Part shown: positions 1 through 9,242 of the stretch, in pieces
Position numbering within the stretch: position 1 is the stretch's first letter
Layout: each line of letters begins with the position of its first letter
Origin: Patescibacteria group bacterium
Lineage (GTDB): Bacteria > Patescibacteriota > Minisyncoccia > Minisyncoccales > PEYH01
NCBI GenBank assembly: GCA_018817645.1
Contig: JAHITK010000003.1
Span: 9,922 to 73,921, forward strand
DNA: 64,000 bases
Direction: 5' to 3'
Translations under genes and position numbers: made by a program
Notes under the pieces: generated by a model
What the model was told of the DNA's origin: nothing
Databases searched by the model: none
The model's input: the letters and a program-made list of their open reading frames with translations, nothing else

Positions 1-74
1 TCCGGAAGCCCACACACGAGGAATTACTCGTCATTGTTATTATAGCGAGAGATGTAATAAAAAGTCAATAGTTT

Positions 75-83
75 TTATCCACA
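75..83 (+). promoter_or_regulatory. Perfect DnaA-box-like 9-mer TTATCCACA within a conserved AGTCAA..TTTTTATCCACA.AAAATT-ATG leader upstream of comM fragment 1
   Basis: Read directly. A near-identical 26-nt leader recurs at 3361-3387 upstream of ksgA. Confidence 0.4.
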
Positions 84-90
84 GAAAATT

Positions 91-255
91 ATGTCTTGTA
101 AAATATTCTCCGGAGCTGTTATTGGATTAGACACTCAAATCATTGAAGTTGAATCGGATATTTCCTATGGATTGAGGAGTTTTGAGATTGTAGGCCTGCC
201 CGATAAGGCGGTAGAAGAGTCGACTGTCCTCACAAAACATTCAAAGTGTTTCTGA
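91..255 (+). pseudogene. Truncated duplicate of the comM/yifB 5' end (54 codons then stop), copy 1
   Basis: Encodes MSCKIFSGAVIGLDTQIIEVESDISYGLRSFEIVGLPDKAVEES, near-identical to the N-terminus of the full gene at 646. Confidence 0.6.
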
Positions 256-414
256 AAACAAAATTTCTTCCGACAGAAGAGGTGGTTGGGCATAGTGTGA
301 AAAATGGTGTCAACTCTATTTTCCCCTCTCCGAACAACCCCAAAAACCCATCACTGGGTTTTTGGTTTGAAGAGAATAGGACACAATGGAAAATATTAAG
401 TTCTAAAAAGTATT

Positions 415-627
415 ATGAGTTCTAAAATCTTCTCCGGCGCTGTCATCGGGCTGGATACCCAAATCACTGAAGTTAAGTCGGATATTTCTTACGGGTTGAG
501 GAGTTTTGATAAAAATAAAAATGGGGTCAACTCTATTTCCCTCTCTCTAGACGATAACCAAAAACCCACTACTGGGTTTTTGTGTTTGAGAAAAATAGGA
601 TACAATAACAAAAATAATATACAATGA
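415..627 (+). pseudogene. Truncated duplicate of the comM/yifB 5' end, copy 2, fused into spacer sequence
   Basis: MSSKIFSGAVIGLDTQITEVKSDISYGLRSF matches the comM N-terminus. The rest is a frame read-through of the repeat spacer that contains a conserved hairpin. Confidence 0.55.
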
Positions 628-645
628 TTACAATTAAAAAGTATT

Positions 646-2193
646 ATGAGTTGTAAAATATTCTCCGGCGCGGTGGTCGGCTTGGAAACTCAAATCATTG
701 AGGTGGAATCAGATATTTCCTACGGATTGAGGAGTTTTGAGATTGTCGGCCTGCCCGATAAGGCGGTAGAAGAATCAAAAGAAAGAGTAAGGTCAGCCAT
801 AAAATCCTGCGGGCTTCATCCTCCTTTTTCAAAACCGGAAAGAATTTTGATTAATTTGGCCCCCGCTGATTTAAAAAAAGAGGGCTCGCTTTATGACCTG
901 CCCATTGCCATTGCCTATCTCGTAAAAAGCAAACAAATCAACGCGGATTGCGAAGGGAAAATGTTTGCCGGAGAATTGTCGTTAGACGGAACCCTGCGCC
1001 CGGTCAAAGGAGCGCTTTCTTTTGCGCTTGAAGCCAATAAAGCAGGATTTTCCGAAATAATCCTGCCAATTGAAAATGTTAAAGAAGCGGCTCTGTGTCA
1101 AATTAATGCCAATAAAAACAATTTAAGAATAATCGGAATTGATTCCTTGCAAACCGCAATAAATTATCTGGAAGGGAAAATAAACATTGAGCCGGCAATG
1201 CTGGATATGAAAGAGGTTATTAAAAACAATGACTACCGGATTGGGTTGGACTGGGTGAGGGGACAAGAGCATGCCAAAAGGGCGCTGGTGATTGCCGCGG
1301 CCGGAGCCCACAACCTCCTGTTTATCGGGCCGCCGGGCGGAGGAAAAAGCTTACTGGCAAAGTCCCTGCCCTCAATCCTACCTGACTTGTCAGTGGAAGA
1401 AATGCTTGAGCTCACCAAAATCTACAGCATTTCCGGAATGCTCTCCAAGGAAGAACCGATTGTGACAAAGAGACCTTTCCGCGCCGCCCACCATACTGCT
1501 TCCAAGGTTTCAATAATCGGCGGAGGCACTCCGGTCCGTCCGGGTGAAATTACTCTTGCCCACCGGGGAATCTTGTTTTTAGACGAATTCCCGGAATTTA
1601 ACAAAGACGTATTGGAGGCCCTGCGGCAGCCCCTGGAAGACGGAACTATAACCGTAATGCGGGCAACCCAAAGAATCACCTTTCCCTGCCATTTCAGTTT
1701 GATTGCCGCGGCCAACCCCTGCCCTTGCGGGCATTTGAACGACCCGAACCATCCCTGTTCCTGCGTTCCCTCACAAATAGCAAAATACAAGCGCAAACTT
1801 TCCGGACCAATAATTGACAGGATTGATATGGTGGTGGAATTGCCTCAAGTGCAGTTTGAAAAACTAATCGCTCCCAACAGCAGTCAGGAAACAATTAAGG
1901 CAAGAAGGGAGATAGAAAAAGCGAGAAAAATTCAGAATGAGCGATTTCAAGAGAATAAAGCAATGACTAATAGCGAAATGGAGATACCGGAAATAAAAAA
2001 ATACTGCCAAATAAATTCAGCGACAAATAATATTCTGAGGGGCTATGTTAACTCTGGCAAGCTCTCAGCCCGCGGTTATCATCGGGTATTAAAAATAGCC
2101 CGCACTATTGCGGACTTAGCAGGGACAGAAGAGATTACGCTTGAAAATCTGCATGAGGCATTGATGTACCGCCTCGCTGAATCCTCTTGTTAA
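646..2193 (+). CDS. comM: YifB/ComM family Mg-chelatase-like AAA+ ATPase
   Basis: Walker A GPPGGGKS, Walker B ILFLDEF, Cys-rich CPCG...CSC region, overall ChlI/ComM architecture. Confidence 0.85.
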   Translation: MSCKIFSGAVVGLETQIIEVESDISYGLRSFEIVGLPDKAVEESKERVRSAIKSCGLHPPFSKPERILINLAPADLKKEGSLYDLPIAIAYLVKSKQINADCEGKMFAGELSLDGTLRPVKGALSFALEANKAGFSEIILPIENVKEAALCQINANKNNLRIIGIDSLQTAINYLEGKINIEPAMLDMKEVIKNNDYRIGLDWVRGQEHAKRALVIAAAGAHNLLFIGPPGGGKSLLAKSLPSILPDLSVEEMLELTKIYSISGMLSKEEPIVTKRPFRAAHHTASKVSIIGGGTPVRPGEITLAHRGILFLDEFPEFNKDVLEALRQPLEDGTITVMRATQRITFPCHFSLIAAANPCPCGHLNDPNHPCSCVPSQIAKYKRKLSGPIIDRIDMVVELPQVQFEKLIAPNSSQETIKARREIEKARKIQNERFQENKAMTNSEMEIPEIKKYCQINSATNNILRGYVNSGKLSARGYHRVLKIARTIADLAGTEEITLENLHEALMYRLAESSC

Positions 2194-3188
2194 TACCAAC
2201 TATTTAACGCCAATTTCGCAAACGGATTTACTGCGCCTCGCACTTCAAAATGAAGGTGGCATCCGCCCGGACCAGCAGGGATGGTGTGTCCTGAATAGCC
2301 AATATATCCGATTATCTGGCCTTGAGAAACTTTCTGCCCGGCAGAAACGGCAATCTTTGACATATGGCCGTAGAAAGTAACCACTCCGTTAGGGTGCAGG
2401 ATTCTTACATAGTTGCCTGCCTGTTTATCCCACCCGGTCCTTTGTATTTCCCCTTGGGCAGCGGCAAAAATAGGGGAACCGCATTCGCCGGTTGAAAAAT
2501 CAATGGCATTATACGAGTGAAGTCCTCGGGTGATTCTCCAAGGCGAAGGCACCGGGACGATAAAGTATGAATTAGGGATGGCTGTTGTTGGAGCCGAATA
2601 TGTTTTTATCAATGCTGGCTTAACGCCTCCGGGGATAATCAGAATATCTCCCACAACAACGGTCCCGTTTTCCGGCAAATTATTAAAAGCAATGATGCCG
2701 TCCTGCGATGCTTTGTAATCCCTTGCTATCTCGCTTATGGTGTCCCCGTTTTGCACAATATACATAGCGCCTGTCACAGGCAGGATAATCAATGTTTTGC
2801 CGACAATGAGAGTTGATTTTGCGGTTAAATTATTTGCCCAAAGGATAGTTTCTGCGCTAATATCAAATTGTTGGGCAACACTACTGATAGTATCGCCTTT
2901 CTGAATAACATACTCCTCCACTCCGGTTTCATTATGGCTTGTCCCACTGCCGGCCCCTAATGATGCTAAGGCCTTATAATCCAGGACTGTCGAGGCGGAA
3001 ACCGCCAATAAACTGTTATCTTGAATGGAGAACAAATCGGGATAGTGTTTTTTCTCCTCCCCTTGGCAAAGAGTGGAACAGGAAGATTGCGAGGAATTCT
3101 CTTCGCTTAAAATATTCGAAATGGCTGGTGTAATAACCGAAGAATCCTTACTGCTTGCATTGACGATAAGGATTGCTACGAGGAACAA
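2190..3188 (-). CDS. Secreted LysM-LysM-M23 family metallopeptidase (TTG start)
   Basis: Two LysM motifs (YVIQKGDTISSVAQQF..., YIVQNGDTISEIARDY...). M23 motifs HSYNAIDF and SGHTIPAGPGGCHLHFEV. Hydrophobic N-terminus. Confidence 0.8.
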   Translation of the reverse strand: MFLVAILIVNASSKDSSVITPAISNILSEENSSQSSCSTLCQGEEKKHYPDLFSIQDNSLLAVSASTVLDYKALASLGAGSGTSHNETGVEEYVIQKGDTISSVAQQFDISAETILWANNLTAKSTLIVGKTLIILPVTGAMYIVQNGDTISEIARDYKASQDGIIAFNNLPENGTVVVGDILIIPGGVKPALIKTYSAPTTAIPNSYFIVPVPSPWRITRGLHSYNAIDFSTGECGSPIFAAAQGEIQRTGWDKQAGNYVRILHPNGVVTFYGHMSKIAVSAGQKVSQGQIIGYIGYSGHTIPAGPGGCHLHFEVRGAVNPFAKLALNSWY

Positions 3189-3372
3189 GAATAAGAAAAA
3201 ACAGGGCTTAATGCATTTCTTAAGCCAAAGGGGTAAATTTAAGTTTTTTCCAATCGTAGGAATAGCTTTGGGCGGGCAGAAGAATCCTTAATTCCGCTGT
3301 CGCCTGTTATCTAAACTATCAAATCCGCCTGATTACCATTGTAATCCCAAAAAGCCAACTTAGTCAAGTTTT

Positions 3373-3381
3373 TTATCCACA
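3373..3381 (+). promoter_or_regulatory. Second copy of the TTATCCACA leader motif, 4 nt upstream of the ksgA ATG
   Basis: AGTCAAGTTTTTTATCCACAAAAATG versus AGTCAATAGTTTTTATCCACAGAAAATTATG at 66-93. Confidence 0.4.
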
Positions 3382-3384
3382 AAA

Positions 3385-4239
3385 ATGGATTTGTGCTCAA
3401 AACAAACAATCAAATCTCTTTTGAAAAACAGCAATATTTCTCCGTCCAAAAAATTGGGCCAGAATTTCTTGATTGACGGGGGGATAATCGACAAAATAAT
3501 CGGGTTTGCTGATTTGAATAATCAGGATACGGTTTTAGAAATAGGGCCTGGGCTCGGTTGCCTAACCCAGGCATTGGCGCAAAAAGCAAAACAAGTGGTC
3601 GCTATTGAAAAAGACCCTAAGCTGTTAGAAGTGTTGAAAAATAACTTAAGGGAGCTCGACAATGTAAAAATTATTTTTGGGGATATTCTTGGGATTGAAA
3701 TCCAAAATCCAAATGTCAAATGTCAAATCAAATCCAAAATCCCAATATCAAATAAATACAAGGTAGTGGCGAATTTGCCTTACAATATCGCCCTGCCGGT
3801 AATCAGAAGGTTTATAGAAGCGACAACTCCTCCGCAATTAATGATTTTGATGATTCAGAAAGAAGTGGCGCAGAAAATATGCGGAGAAAAATCATGTCTC
3901 CCGAAAATCGCGGTTGAAATGTTCGCCAAACCGGAGATATTGTTCTTTGTCCCCAAAAAATCATTTTTCCCGGAGCCAAAGGTTGACGGCGCAGTCATAA
4001 AAATATCTGAAATCCGAGATAAGAATCCTAAAATGGACAAAGAACTATTTTTTAAAATCGTGAAAGCCGGATTTGCTCATCCCAGAAAAACAATTTTAAA
4101 TAATTTGTCAAAAGAGTTGAATATACCCAAAAACGACACGGCTCAATGGCTAGAAAAGGCGAATATCCCCGGCCCCAAAAGACCTGAAGACCTTAATTTG
4201 CAGGAGTGGATAAAACTTGTTGATGGTTTTGATTTTTAA
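3385..4239 (+). CDS. rsmA: 16S rRNA (adenine1518/1519-N6)-dimethyltransferase
   Basis: LGQNFLID motif, SAM-binding EIGPGLGCLT, NLPYNIA motif. Confidence 0.85.
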   Translation: MDLCSKQTIKSLLKNSNISPSKKLGQNFLIDGGIIDKIIGFADLNNQDTVLEIGPGLGCLTQALAQKAKQVVAIEKDPKLLEVLKNNLRELDNVKIIFGDILGIEIQNPNVKCQIKSKIPISNKYKVVANLPYNIALPVIRRFIEATTPPQLMILMIQKEVAQKICGEKSCLPKIAVEMFAKPEILFFVPKKSFFPEPKVDGAVIKISEIRDKNPKMDKELFFKIVKAGFAHPRKTILNNLSKELNIPKNDTAQWLEKANIPGPKRPEDLNLQEWIKLVDGFDF

Positions 4240-4274
4240 TTTGTGTTAAAATTACCAAATAACCGAGACCTAAA

Positions 4275-6686
4275 ATGAAATTAAAAAACTTCCTTATCAC
4301 ATCAAAGCAGAAAATTTTCCTTTGGCTGGTTTTTGCCATTACTATGATTTTTGCGCCTACGCATCCTGTTAGGGCGCAATTCGGCATAGAAATCTTGACC
4401 GCGCCCTTTGTTTTTCTGGCAAAACTGGGAATGGCCCTTCTTATCGCCCTGCCTCTCTCTTTCTTCTGCCTTGAAATAGCCCAGATATTTCTAACCTGGG
4501 CCGCTAACCCAAATTTAGTGGGAGGAGTTGCCAGTAATACCTTCGTCCAGGCGGGCTGGACAGTGGTCAGGGATTTTGCCAATCTCTTTTTCATTTTAAT
4601 CGTGGTGGCCATTGGAATAGCCACCGCTTTGAGAGTCAAGCAATACGAAGTAAGAAAGACCCTGCCCCGCTTGATTATTGTCGCCATATTGATAAATTTC
4701 TCGCCCGTAATCTGCGGAGCAGTGATAGACGCAGCCAATATCATTACTAACTTCTTTTTTACCGCCGGCGCCGGGGGATTCGACAACGTCATCACTTTTT
4801 CAAAGGGCTCTTGGGGTTGGTTAAAAGAGAATTTTGGCACCATTAGCGGTGTTTGGGCGGAAATTAGGACAGGCAGAATTTTCTTCAAAATGATAGCCGT
4901 GACTGTATTCAACCTTTTCGGAGCATTTGTCTTATTCTTAATGGGAATACTTTTCATTGTAAGAAATCTCGCTCTGTGGATTTTGGTGATCTTGTCACCT
5001 TTGGCGTTCTTAGGAGCCATATTGCCAAAAGGCGCAGTGATTCCGGGGGTCCCAAAGAAAAAAAATATTTTTGGCATGTGGCGCGACCAATTCGTAAAAT
5101 GGGTTTTTATCGGAGTCACCGGTTCCTTCTTCCTTTATTTGAGCCAGCTGATGATGCAACTACAAGTAAAATCCCTTTTTAACAATCAAGGGCCTACCAC
5201 AGAAGCATCGGAAGTCGGAGGAAATATAATGACCGGCTTAATGATAATGGCCGTACCTTTGATTTTCCTTGGCATAGGGTATTTTGTCACTGTTTCCAGC
5301 TCCGCGCAGGGCGCCGGCGCTATCACAGGATTAGCTAAAAAGGGGTTCGCCTATGGGAAAAAGACAGCCCAAGGTGCGGCGATAAACAGACTAAGAAAAG
5401 ACATAGGGCAACCGATAAAAAATAGTTATGGAAGCGCTAAAAGAACTGTCCAAAAAGCGGCTGGAAGAATAATATCAGCCCGGCCAACCGATGCCGAACG
5501 AAAGGCGAGTTGGGATCAATCCTCTGGCTTAGGAAGGGCTGGCAAGATTGTGGCCAGAGCCGTGATTCCTTATAAAACCAGAGAAAGATGGAAAGCTCAA
5601 GCAACGGCAAAAATAAAAGAAGGGGACGTAGGTAAGGTGGAAAAAGCAAAGGCAGAAGCAAATAAATTAAATACTGCGGAAGCGCGCAAGGCGGGATATT
5701 TAGAAGCCAAGAAACAACGCGACAAGGAAAAACAACTCGGCTATATTCAGTCAGCCATAGAAAAAGGAGAATTAGACGGTTATTCAAATCAAGAAATTCA
5801 GCGCGCTATACGAGATGCCGGACAAATCAATAAAAAATTGGCAGAGGAAATAATGCAATCCGCACCCAATTTGGCCAAACAGGTTTATGACGAATATCAT
5901 CAAGCGCATCCGAATATAATGAATGAATATAACAATCTAAACACACAGCGAAATGATTTAGACGCTCAACGGATAGCTGCCCAGAATGCGGGCAACAATG
6001 GTTTAGCAAATCAGTTACAAGGACAAATGGACGCATTACAAAGGCAGATGGATAGAGCCAAGCGACCAGCAGACGAGAGAGGTCTATGGATATCGCCTGA
6101 AGACACGCAGCGTTACGGCGGATTGGAGGAAAAAATTGTACTTACTACTAAAACAAAGGATGTCGGTAAATTTAGAAAAAATTACGTAAAGACAAACAGA
6201 TTTATGGAAATTATTCAGGATGAAGCTCATCAAGGGAAAAATGCTTGGTCTGGAAACAACTTATCAAAAATAGCGGAAGAATATGGAACGCCCGTAGCTG
6301 ACCTGTATAATGCCACATCTGACAGAATAAATCGAGCCGGAAACTGGATGCATAATATCGCTGGAAAACGTCACCACATAAAAAGATATATTACAAACAA
6401 CCCCGGAGCTATTGCGGCAGGATATAGACTTCCCGAAGGTGTTTCTGAAGATGATGATGGAGACGATGAAGGAAAGAAAATAATAATCCCGTCTTCAACC
6501 AATGCAAGGACAACTAGCAAGGAAAATATGGATGAAAAACAAAGAGCAGAAATGGAAGAAGAGTCTAGAAGGAAAAGTGAGGAAAGTTCCAGAAGGCGGG
6601 AACCTAATCCTGATGAAAGGGGCGACCGCGGTGAAGAGGAAAGAGAGGGAAGGGGCGGACGCGAGCCCAGAGATGACGAAAGGTAA
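4275..6686 (+). CDS. VirB6/TrbL-like polytopic membrane protein with a long charged coiled-coil C-terminal tail
   Basis: Signal-like N-terminus, at least 6 hydrophobic helices in the first 400 aa, then a roughly 400-aa K/E/R-rich tail ending RRKSEESSRRREPNPDERGDRGEEE. Located next to the VirB4-like genes. Confidence 0.45.
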   Translation: MKLKNFLITSKQKIFLWLVFAITMIFAPTHPVRAQFGIEILTAPFVFLAKLGMALLIALPLSFFCLEIAQIFLTWAANPNLVGGVASNTFVQAGWTVVRDFANLFFILIVVAIGIATALRVKQYEVRKTLPRLIIVAILINFSPVICGAVIDAANIITNFFFTAGAGGFDNVITFSKGSWGWLKENFGTISGVWAEIRTGRIFFKMIAVTVFNLFGAFVLFLMGILFIVRNLALWILVILSPLAFLGAILPKGAVIPGVPKKKNIFGMWRDQFVKWVFIGVTGSFFLYLSQLMMQLQVKSLFNNQGPTTEASEVGGNIMTGLMIMAVPLIFLGIGYFVTVSSSAQGAGAITGLAKKGFAYGKKTAQGAAINRLRKDIGQPIKNSYGSAKRTVQKAAGRIISARPTDAERKASWDQSSGLGRAGKIVARAVIPYKTRERWKAQATAKIKEGDVGKVEKAKAEANKLNTAEARKAGYLEAKKQRDKEKQLGYIQSAIEKGELDGYSNQEIQRAIRDAGQINKKLAEEIMQSAPNLAKQVYDEYHQAHPNIMNEYNNLNTQRNDLDAQRIAAQNAGNNGLANQLQGQMDALQRQMDRAKRPADERGLWISPEDTQRYGGLEEKIVLTTKTKDVGKFRKNYVKTNRFMEIIQDEAHQGKNAWSGNNLSKIAEEYGTPVADLYNATSDRINRAGNWMHNIAGKRHHIKRYITNNPGAIAAGYRLPEGVSEDDDGDDEGKKIIIPSSTNARTTSKENMDEKQRAEMEEESRRKSEESSRRREPNPDERGDRGEEEREGRGGREPRDDER

Positions 6687-6697
6687 ATAAAAATTTA

Positions 6698-6730
6698 AAA
6701 CAGGGCTGTCCCTCCGGACAGCCCTGTTTG
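6698..6730. terminator. Bidirectional stem-loop terminator between convergent genes
   Basis: AAACAGGGCTGTCC-CTCC-GGACAGCCCTGTTT, a perfect 14-bp stem. Confidence 0.7.
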
Positions 6731-6741
6731 GCTTCCACCTC

Positions 6742-8013
6742 CTATGCCGACTCTTCTTCTGATTTTGGGGTCGGCTTTTTCTTGTCTGCCGGCTCATTGG
6801 TTGCAGCAGATTGTAGCCATTTCAGCAGGAGCGCCGGGACTGCCCCAAGGGATCCCTTCTCTCCGCCTCCCTGATTCAGGGCAACTGCCCATGCTCCTCC
6901 ATGCTTAGCAAGAGTATCTGTCAGCTCAAAGGCCAAGGCCGTCCTTAGTGCCTCGGACTCCTCTCCCATCCCCGCTCCTTGGAGTTTTTCCTTCATATCC
7001 AGCACGGGTCCAATTCGCTCCGCGCTCTCTTGAAGGGCCTTATACAGGGCTGCTTCTGTCTTAAGCTTCTCTACCCGCACGCGCTCGCGGGCTTCCTCAA
7101 TCTCCTTGGAGAGCTTAACAGCTCCGCAAAAGGCCCCTGTAATCTGTAGTATGCCTCTTTGGTGGGCATCTATGGTAATGAGGTTGTCCAAGCTCGCAGC
7201 GATACCCCTATAGAGCTTTGGAAGAGGGATTAGGCGGGTGATTTCTTCATCAAGATCCTCTATCGCCGGGTTAGACATATCCGGCACCGCGTCAATAGCT
7301 GTCATCGTCGCAAGGAGCGTTTTTTTCAGCGCCCTCACTCTCTTCAGTTTTTCCTTGGCAACGCCCTCGGCTTCGCGGATTCGGTCCAAGATGTTATCAC
7401 GGATCATTCCCTCGTCAGTCGCTTCTGCGACTGTAAGGGTTTGTATATACCCCACGATAAGCGAATTGGCCTTATTCCGAATCCAGTCCGGCCAATCTTG
7501 GACGCCGTACACCGCTGCCACGATATCGCCAAACCCAACACCCATTTTCAAGACGAGGGTGTAATCTCGAAGATAGATGACCCCATCATGTATTTGGATC
7601 TTGGGCAGTTCCCCTGGCGGTAGGGGGATGAGGTCAAGCACCCTTTCGTGCGGCCTCATCAACTTTCCCTTCGTATCTATGAAGGGTATCGTCAGGTGAA
7701 TGCCCGGACAGAGAGCGTCTTTCCTCCTTCCGAACCTCAAGCGGAGCCATGTTTCCGGCTCTGGAACAATCCATACGCCCCAGCAAACTAAGCCCCCGAG
7801 CGCAAGGATCTCCCCAAGAAACGACCAGCCCTTGGGAATCGCGAAGAGGCCCAAAACGAATATCAAGAGTCCAGCCCAAAAACCGACATTGGCAAAAATC
7901 CTGAAAATTCGTCTCTGCACCTCTACCCCTCTTTCTTGTCCTTGGCGCCCTACTCCTTGCCCTGCTCTCGCGGCAACCTGTCCAGTTGCAACCTCTGTTG
8001 GCATTTTGCCCAT
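6742..8013 (-). CDS. SPFH/band-7 (stomatin/HflC-like) membrane protein, anomalously GC-rich
   Basis: TM segment then VPEPETWLRLRFGRR...LTIPFID...IQIHDGVIYLRDYTLV fits the SPFH fold, followed by a coiled-coil tail. Local GC is visibly far above the surrounding genome. Confidence 0.6.
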   Translation of the reverse strand: MGKMPTEVATGQVAARAGQGVGRQGQERGVEVQRRIFRIFANVGFWAGLLIFVLGLFAIPKGWSFLGEILALGGLVCWGVWIVPEPETWLRLRFGRRKDALCPGIHLTIPFIDTKGKLMRPHERVLDLIPLPPGELPKIQIHDGVIYLRDYTLVLKMGVGFGDIVAAVYGVQDWPDWIRNKANSLIVGYIQTLTVAEATDEGMIRDNILDRIREAEGVAKEKLKRVRALKKTLLATMTAIDAVPDMSNPAIEDLDEEITRLIPLPKLYRGIAASLDNLITIDAHQRGILQITGAFCGAVKLSKEIEEARERVRVEKLKTEAALYKALQESAERIGPVLDMKEKLQGAGMGEESEALRTALAFELTDTLAKHGGAWAVALNQGGGEKGSLGAVPALLLKWLQSAATNEPADKKKPTPKSEEESA

Positions 8014-8209
8014 CTCCTTGCGCTTATACGCTTCTTTTTTGTTCGTTGTGAAGGTGCTGCTTGTGCCGCTATGTCTAAACGGAGAATTCCGATGAATCTC
8101 CTTTGTTTCTTTATGCCTATATTATACCAATAATCACCGCCTGTGTCAATGGCACGATGGGCGGGGTAGCGATGGTTCCCGCTCTGTTGATTTCTTTCTG
8201 TTAATTGCT

Positions 8210-8680
8210 GTGTTAAAATGGATTACAGGAAATTATTATGATAAAATTAAAGAATTGAAGATTAATATTATGGAAGAATTATCTAGAGACGAACTTTGGG
8301 CAATTTATAATACCCTGCCCGCCACTTTAAAAGACGCCATATTTTCAGAAGACACTGCTGATGCTATTTTTAATATCTGCAAACTCTACGAAATAGATAA
8401 AAACTCGGAAGTGGCGAAGATAATCGGCAGAATTTTGATGGGTCTCCTGCCTCCGGAGTTCCTGAGAGATACGCTTCAGGAAGAAATCGGACTTAAAGAA
8501 GATATTGCCAAAAAAACAACTATGGAACTGGAGCATTTCATCCTGAATCCGGTCAAAAAAGAATTGGACGCCCTGTACGAAGAAATAGAAGGAAAAGAGG
8601 AAAAGCCAGTAGGCGATACAAAAGAACAACCCACTGAAGAACCGAAGAAAGAAGACAGCTATAGAGAACCCATACAATAA
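8210..8680 (+). CDS. Hypothetical acidic protein (likely start ATG 8271)
   Basis: ORF only. Highly acidic C-terminus. No recognisable motif. Confidence 0.35.
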   Translation: MLKWITGNYYDKIKELKINIMEELSRDELWAIYNTLPATLKDAIFSEDTADAIFNICKLYEIDKNSEVAKIIGRILMGLLPPEFLRDTLQEEIGLKEDIAKKTTMELEHFILNPVKKELDALYEEIEGKEEKPVGDTKEQPTEEPKKEDSYREPIQ

Positions 8681-8681
8681 T

Positions 8682-8810
8682 CAAATCAAGTAAAATCCCA
8701 ATGTCAAAATCCAAATGACAAATCAAGCCCAAAATCCAAAATTATTATTATTTGACATTTGGATTTGGGATTTGATTTGATATCTGACATTTGGGCTTTG
8801 GATTTTTAAC
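8682..8810. repeat. AT-rich imperfect palindrome built from CAAAATCCAAA / TTTGGATTTTG units (MITE-like)
   Basis: Left arm ...caaaatccaaatgacaaatcaagcccaaaatccaaaat, right arm atttgacatttggatttgggatttgatttg...gctttggattttt. Same family as 19956-20131. Confidence 0.6.
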
Positions 8811-8811
8811 T

Positions 8812-9228
8812 ATGGAGTATCCTCTGCCACAATTTTTATCAATAAAACCAAAGGTTGCCGGACCCCTTAATTTAATGCAACTGTTGTATATCGTGGGCGG
8901 GGCAATCGTGGCCGTTATTTTCTACTTCACCGCTTCCCTCACCACCTTTATCATAATGGGCATCCCGATTATGGTGGTTGCTTTGATTTTGGCTTTTGGC
9001 AAAAGAAAAGGATTCCCGATTCCCACCATCATCGGCCGTTCTTTTATGTTTATCTTTGCCAGTAAAAGATATCTCTGGAAAAAAGTGGACACGCCGGCAA
9101 TCGTGCTTCCAAAAGCGACCAAGGCAAAGGCCGCAGAATTAGAAGACGATAAAGCGGTGAGCTTAAAAATTTCCGGCCAGAGCAGATTGAAAGAAATTGG
9201 GCGGCTGATTGAAATTCATCCCAAGTAA
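8812..9228 (+). CDS. Small two-TM membrane protein (VirB3-like position); the ORF track starts at TTG 8791
   Basis: Two long hydrophobic helices. Immediately precedes the VirB4-like genes. Confidence 0.4.
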   Translation: MEYPLPQFLSIKPKVAGPLNLMQLLYIVGGAIVAVIFYFTASLTTFIIMGIPIMVVALILAFGKRKGFPIPTIIGRSFMFIFASKRYLWKKVDTPAIVLPKATKAKAAELEDDKAVSLKISGQSRLKEIGRLIEIHPK

Positions 9229-9242
9229 ACTAATTTTGTATT

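Noticed and set aside
1123-1894. Several 60-125-aa ORFs on the minus strand inside comM, and similar antisense ORFs inside most other genes (for example 4193-5119, 28949-29998, 33425-34690).
   Set aside because: They lie fully antisense to long, motif-rich genes. They have no motifs or independent signals, and they are expected by chance in GC-varying coding DNA.
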